NCBI RefSeq assembly: GCF_018977255.1
Contig: NW_024704742.1
Location: forward strand, 37,636,001 to 37,700,000
Direction: 5' to 3'
Origin: Callorhinchus milii
Lineage: Eukaryota
DNA length: 64,000 nt
The notes under the pieces were generated by a model, which did no database searches, was not told the origin of the DNA, and saw only the letters and a list, made by a program, of their open reading frames with translations. Positions 59,401-64,000 of this stretch are shown one piece after another. Both the position numbers and the translations under genes were made by a program. Numbering within the stretch: position 1 is the first letter of the stretch; the number at the start of each line of letters is the position of its first letter.

Positions 59401-62400
59401 TTATTTTTGTACAGATCCGAAAAGCACAAGTCACACTGCAAAAAGAAAAGCAACCTGATTCAACCGGAGTGCTGAAAATTGTATTCTACGAGTATTGTGG
59501 GGATGCGAGGCAAGTTCTACTTTATAAGTTTATTTTAAAAAAAATCTAATTTCTCTGTGTTCATTTTAAATCTTACCTGTTGCCCCTGTGTTGGCAGGGG
59601 TTGAGAAACTGAACGTAGGAGCAGCTGTTGTAGTAGCACCGAACCCTCCAAAACAACCTACATAGATAGTTTATTCAAAATAGAAAAAAATCAGAGTTCA
59701 ACAAAGGTTAAATCTAACTTTAGGCGTATCTGTGACCCACCTTTTTTTTATTTTAAAAAACTGTATTATGGTCATTTGTGGCTCGGTGAATTGAGTCTTT
59801 CTGATCAATTATTCTAGTTCAATCACACGTATATAGGTTCTGTCTTAGTAAAAGATCTGTGATACTCTTCAAAAAGAGAAGGGAGCTTCGCCCAGTATTC
59901 TAGGCAACTGACCTCTAGATAAAATTGGTCATTCACTTCATGGCTGTTTGTGGAATATTGCTGTTCGCAATTTGGCTACTGCAATTTCACCTCCAAAATC
60001 CAATCCCTGCACTCTGCGCTAATTCTTGTGAAGCGCTTTGAGAAATCCTCCCAACATGAAAACTCTACATCAACTGCAAGGATGTTTATTTGTATTAATT
60101 ACTATTAATTTGCTTGGATGATGGTGGGGAAGAGAAGAGGTCTTTATTGAATCATGTGCCTCAATGACAGGCAATAACGTTTCAAATTATACATCAACAT
60201 GTAAATAATCCTGCATCACAGTGATCCAACATCAACCTCTTCAGCTGCACATCACTATCCCTTTGAAGTATTAGGGTCAATACTGAATGTTACAAGTTCA
60301 ATCTCTTCCAAAGCATGAACCCACTAATACGTTCTCAGACTAATAACCAGCTTGGAGAATGTACCCCAAACTTCAGGTCATCCTATCACAACCAATCCCA
60401 AATCCATTTCTGACTTCATTTTTACTGTTCACATCACCCTGTTAGCATGTTCACTCTTTTTGTGTGTTTGGATATTACTTTCTATTTATTCACATTCACC
60501 AATTTACCCAATTCCTAAAATCATTTTGAAAGCTATACGTCTTTGCTATGCACTTCACCTTCTCATGTATGATGAGATAGAGTGTGCAAAATCCGAGAAA
60601 AGATTGCACTAGCAAGTTACTGTTCATGAAGTCTTCTTTCTAGTTCTTTTGGTTTTGTCAAGAGATACAGTCTGGAAAACCATCAATGCATAGGGGTTTC
60701 AAGCATGGTAGTTTATATCCAGCTGCTTTAAACACTCAGGGTCTCTGATAATGAGCCTAAACCTTTGGGCTTCAGAGGACGGCTTTCGAGAATCCCCAGC
60801 TGAACAACATTTGGCTCGTAAAATAGAAGCAAGGCGACAAAAAGTCCTTCCTGCATCGAGCACTATTTTAGAAATAAACGCTAAACAATGTGATGAGTTA
60901 CCACCGAGGACACAAGACAATTGATACAAGCTCAAGCAGTGTTTTAAGTGCTTAAAGATCAACTCCCATAAATCAAACGGTTGGTGCTGAGTTGCCTAAA
61001 CTTGCTTCATTACCATGAATAAATCTGGCCAGCAGAGGATTCACATTGCCTGGTGCTTAAAGTTGAGCAAAACAAATTCAGTAAACTCCTGATAACATGA
61101 CCCTGGCTTAACCTGTCACTACTACATAAGTCAACATTCTGCCAATAATCCGGTCGCATTTTTTAAAAAACGAACAAAGTTGCAGGAAACTACAGCTGAC
61201 CCCGTTATAACACAATGGTCTGGGTTGATAAACTCACACAACCCACCTTGTGTTATAAGGAAGTGCGCTTAAAAATTGCTGTTGGTCAACATTTCCAACT
61301 CATTGTCGATGAACAGAGCACTTCCTGAGGAAGTGACACCAATGGCGCTATGCACATGAAACCAGCCAGTTAGTGCTTCAACTGCACTGCACTGTGCTAT
61401 AACCTGCATTATAAGGTGACCCACACTAACCACGGTGTATTATAATAGAGTCATTAATCATAGTAACTAGGACTCTTTTGCTCTCTTTTAGCAATAGATT
61501 AATGTGGAGCAGATTTTTACATGTGGTTCCTCATAGCATAGGTCTGGGGTTGTTCAAAACAAAAACTAATACCTGTACTGAATTTACATACTATATTGTC
61601 TGTTACCCTGAATGACGAGCTGGTAAATGTGATGCTTTAATAACGTTTAATTAATGTTACTGATCCATTTATTGGATCATCCAAGAATGATCATGCATCT
61701 ATTGTGGAGTCCTGTAGCTTGGTGGTTAGAGCACTCGCCTCAAAAGCAAGAGGACCTGGATTTGATTCCCAGGCAGGGCAAAACGTTAGGCAAGTTTCCT
61801 TACTCCACACGTCTGTTACCAGCAGAAAGTAGGGATCCTTCATCAATCAATAAATAATTAATTAAATAAATATGGCATGAAAATAAACAGAATAGGAACA
61901 AGAGAAAGATTTGTTTTATAAAGAAAAACACAGAAGTATAGATGAAGAGAAATAAAAACAAAAGCATGGCAAAATAAACTTTGAAAAGTAACAAAAAGGA
62001 AATAATCTACTGAAATCCCTGTTATTCTTCAATTTAAAATTTTACTTTAAAAAATGCTGCAACTAAATGCAAGGATTACAGCAACAACAACAATAATTTG
62101 CATTTATATAGCGGCTTTCACGCGGGGTAGCGTCCCAGAGTGCTTCAGAGTTACAGAGTCTGACAATGAGCCAGGGGGAGAGGGAGGGGGGGGAGGTGAC
62201 CGTAAGCACAATCAAAAAGAAAGGTCTTTAGGCAGGATTTAGAGAGAGACGGCCACCGATGATGGAATAGAGGACATAAAGGGTTTCAGCTGCATTGGTT
62301 CTGAGGTTCGGATGGAGGTGGGCAATGTGGCAAAGGTGGAAAAAAGCAGTCCTGGTCAGGGAACGGATGTGTGGTAAAAAGCAAAGCTGGGATCGAACCT

Positions 62401-63739
62401 GACGCCTAAGTCGCGCACGGGTTCAGAGAGTCTGAAGTGTCTGAAGGAGAGCCTGAGGAGGTTGCGGAGTTCAGACCCGCAAGAGAAAAGATGTTGATAG
62501 GAGCTAAAGAGTATGTCTTCCGTCTTGTCCACATTCAGCTGCAGGAAATTTATGCTCACCCAGGCCTTGATGTCCGTCAAACAAGCTAACAGGACATTAG
62601 CGGACTGGGAGTCACAGCTGGCGGAGTATATTTGGGTGTCATCCGCATACATTGGATGTTGACCCCATGTCTGCAGATGACATCGCTGAGAGGGAGCATG
62701 TAGATGAGGAAAGAAAGGGGGCCAAGGATGGAGCCTTGGGGTAGCCCGCAAGTGACCAGGCAGGGGCGAAAGGAAAAACCATTGGCCGAGATGAAGTGGA
62801 GGTTGGTTAAGTAGGACTCAAACCATGCGAGTATGGTCCATAAGGTGGATGAGGGAGGAAGCGCTGGAGGAGGATAGCGTGGTCGATTGTGTCAAACGCA
62901 GCGGTGCGGTCCAGGAGGAAGAGGAGGTAGAGGGAGCCCTGGTCAGAGAGAAGACGTCATTTGTTACTTTGATGAGCGCGGTCTCTGTGCCGGGCTGGGG
63001 GGGAAACTGGACTGGAGGGGTTCGAGTATGGAATGAAGGGCGAGTTGTGAGCGAAATTGGTTTGCAGCAATGGTTTCCAGGGCTTTGGCCAGGAAGGACA
63101 GATTTCAAATGTAATAATAATCACTATTACAACAACAACATCTTGCATTTAAATAACCTCCTTTATACGGGGAGCCGTCTCGGAGCACTTAACGGTGGCC
63201 AAGCTTGAAGGTGAGCATAAGAGAGGGGGCAGGTGACCCCTACTCTCCCTCTTTGCATGGTCAAAGAGGAAAGTCTTTGGGTGAGATCTAAAGATAAGGA
63301 AGGAGGAAGTAAGGCAGAGGGATTAAGAAAGAGAATTACATAGTTTTCGGGTGCAGGAACATTATTAAGGGGCATAACAGTACCTTACAGTGTTATTTCT
63401 GGTAAAAAAAACTATTTGTCAAAATAAGACAGTTTAAAAATATTTAAAATCATGGTATTTGGTCACAATTCAAACAAAAAAACCAAAGCTCACGTCCACC
63501 GATTGCACTGTATTAGACAAAACACTTGGGGAGAAGGGAGAAAGCAAGGATTGTAAACAACATGCAATTACACCACTAAAAGGCAACACAGTTTGCATCT
63601 ATATATAGACTAAACTGAAGCTGGAAATTTCTGCTTAGCATAGTGATTCAGGAAGTTACAGTACCCGTTGTTGCACCAAAAGGAAATCCAGTTGTTTGTC
63701 CACTTGCGGTAGCAGCAGTGGTTCCAAATGCACCAAACC
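50323..63739 (-). CDS. NUP54: Nucleoporin p54, 5'-partial (12 exons in window; start exon outside)
   Basis: FG-repeat N-terminus, then [53 protein letters not shown] and coiled coils ending HIRRDLFS*. All junctions are GT-AG and phase-consistent. Confidence 0.95.
51163..51273 (-). CDS. NUP54: NUP54 exon
   Basis: [37 protein letters not shown]. Confidence 0.93.
51454..51573 (-). CDS. NUP54: NUP54 exon
   Basis: [40 protein letters not shown]. Confidence 0.93.
51753..51860 (-). CDS. NUP54: NUP54 exon
   Basis: [36 protein letters not shown]. Confidence 0.93.
52020..52265 (+). mobile_element. DeuSINE-type element (SacSINE1-like), 5' part and Deu domain
   Basis: GGGTTCCAGCCCCAC...CTTCGGATAAGATGTTATACTGAGGTCC...TCAGGTGGATGTTAAAGGTCCTATGGCATTATTTGAA...GTGTCCTGGCC. 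Other fragments near 34020-34290, 54440-54715 (-) and 59840-60100. Confidence 0.7.
52549..52642 (-). CDS. NUP54: NUP54 exon
   Basis: [31 protein letters not shown]. Confidence 0.93.
53649..53703 (-). CDS. NUP54: NUP54 exon
   Basis: [19 protein letters not shown]. Confidence 0.93.
54797..54993 (-). CDS. NUP54: NUP54 exon
   Basis: [25 protein letters not shown]...[16 protein letters not shown]. Confidence 0.93.
55241..55428 (-). CDS. NUP54: NUP54 exon
   Basis: [45 protein letters not shown]...RALPDDQ. Confidence 0.93.
56156..56379 (-). CDS. NUP54: NUP54 exon
   Basis: [49 protein letters not shown]...[14 protein letters not shown] acceptor, so the start is uncertain by 3 nt. Confidence 0.92.
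57134..57280 (-). CDS. NUP54: NUP54 FG-repeat exon
   Basis: [18 protein letters not shown]...[18 protein letters not shown] acceptor, GTAAGT donor. Confidence 0.92.
57540..57770 (+). mobile_element. CR1-clade LINE 3' end
   Basis: [30 protein letters not shown] followed by a tail GATGGTCCAAATGGCCTTCCTCTGT...TTCTATTGTTCTA. A weaker piece lies near 35610-35860. Confidence 0.78.
59100..59365 (+). repeat. Unclassified old dispersed repeat (copy 5, internally deleted)
   Basis: See 18460; ends TGTGTCAAACACCTATCTGACCAAAATAAAA. Confidence 0.65.
59577..59657 (-). CDS. NUP54: NUP54 FG-repeat exon
   Basis: [30 protein letters not shown] acceptor, GTAAGA donor; phase 1-1. Confidence 0.88.
61706..61815 (+). 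mobile_element. tRNA-derived SINE head
   Basis: GGAGTCCTGTAGCTTGGTGGTTAGAGCACTCGCC...GGCAAGTTTCCTTACTCCAC; same family as 44484. Confidence 0.75.
62080..63060 (-). mobile_element. L2-clade LINE fragments
   Basis: Minus-strand [39 protein letters not shown]; (TTG)n tail near 62080. Confidence 0.85.
63665..63739 (-). CDS. NUP54: NUP54 FG-repeat exon (most 5' exon in window)
   Basis: [25 protein letters not shown]; acceptor TTTTCTTCCAG, weak donor GTACTG; phase 1-1, compatible with the next exon. Confidence 0.72.
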
Positions 63740-64000
63740 CTGGAAGAAAACACAACACATGGGTGCATGTTATTACTGGCCACACTCAACATTTTGCTGT
63801 TGGATTTTGACAGATTTTTTTTTGTTTCAAAAGTTACTGTGTCCTTTTTTGGGGAATATTCTCCCCACTGAATATCACATATTTAATATAAATACCCCTT
63901 CCCTCCAGCCCCCTCTGACCCCAACCCGCAGCTTGGGTGCAAACCGTTCCTCATTGTTCAGCCTAGGGATGTCCTCCCGACATGAACGGTGCAATATAAA

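Noticed and set aside
53075..61460. GTTATAAC/GGGGTCCATAAAAT-containing segments near 53080, 56600 and 61190 as one ancient element family
   Set aside because: Similarity is too patchy to delimit or name by eye; needs a Dfam search.

Overview
Vertebrate nuclear DNA, most likely a cartilaginous fish and possibly a chimaera. This is inferred from the L2, DeuSINE and CR1 repeat repertoire and is not proven. (1) 1.6-29 kb is a tRNA-Gly(GCC) cluster with 20 copies: 15 identical and intact, 2 point variants, 1 truncated and 2 decayed. Twelve of the intact copies lie in a young tandem array of ~1.73-kb two-tRNA units with a ~6.07-kb higher-order period, mixed with L2 LINE pieces and tRNA-derived SINEs. 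(2) 31.9-48.3 kb (+) is a complete PPEF2-type phosphatase gene with 16 coding exons, ~747 aa by my exon assembly. (3) 50.3-63.7 kb (-) holds 12 exons of NUP54, convergent with PPEF2; its start exon lies beyond the window. The most notable oddities are two U2 snRNA 5' fragments with the same breakpoint and a shared non-U2 continuation (possible U2-headed retroposon), a CAG-TAG-CAG triple acceptor in PPEF2 whose first AG adds a stop codon, the layered tRNA array, a candidate CRX-site promoter/5' exon, and an unclassified dispersed repeat. All calls were made by eye with no database search.
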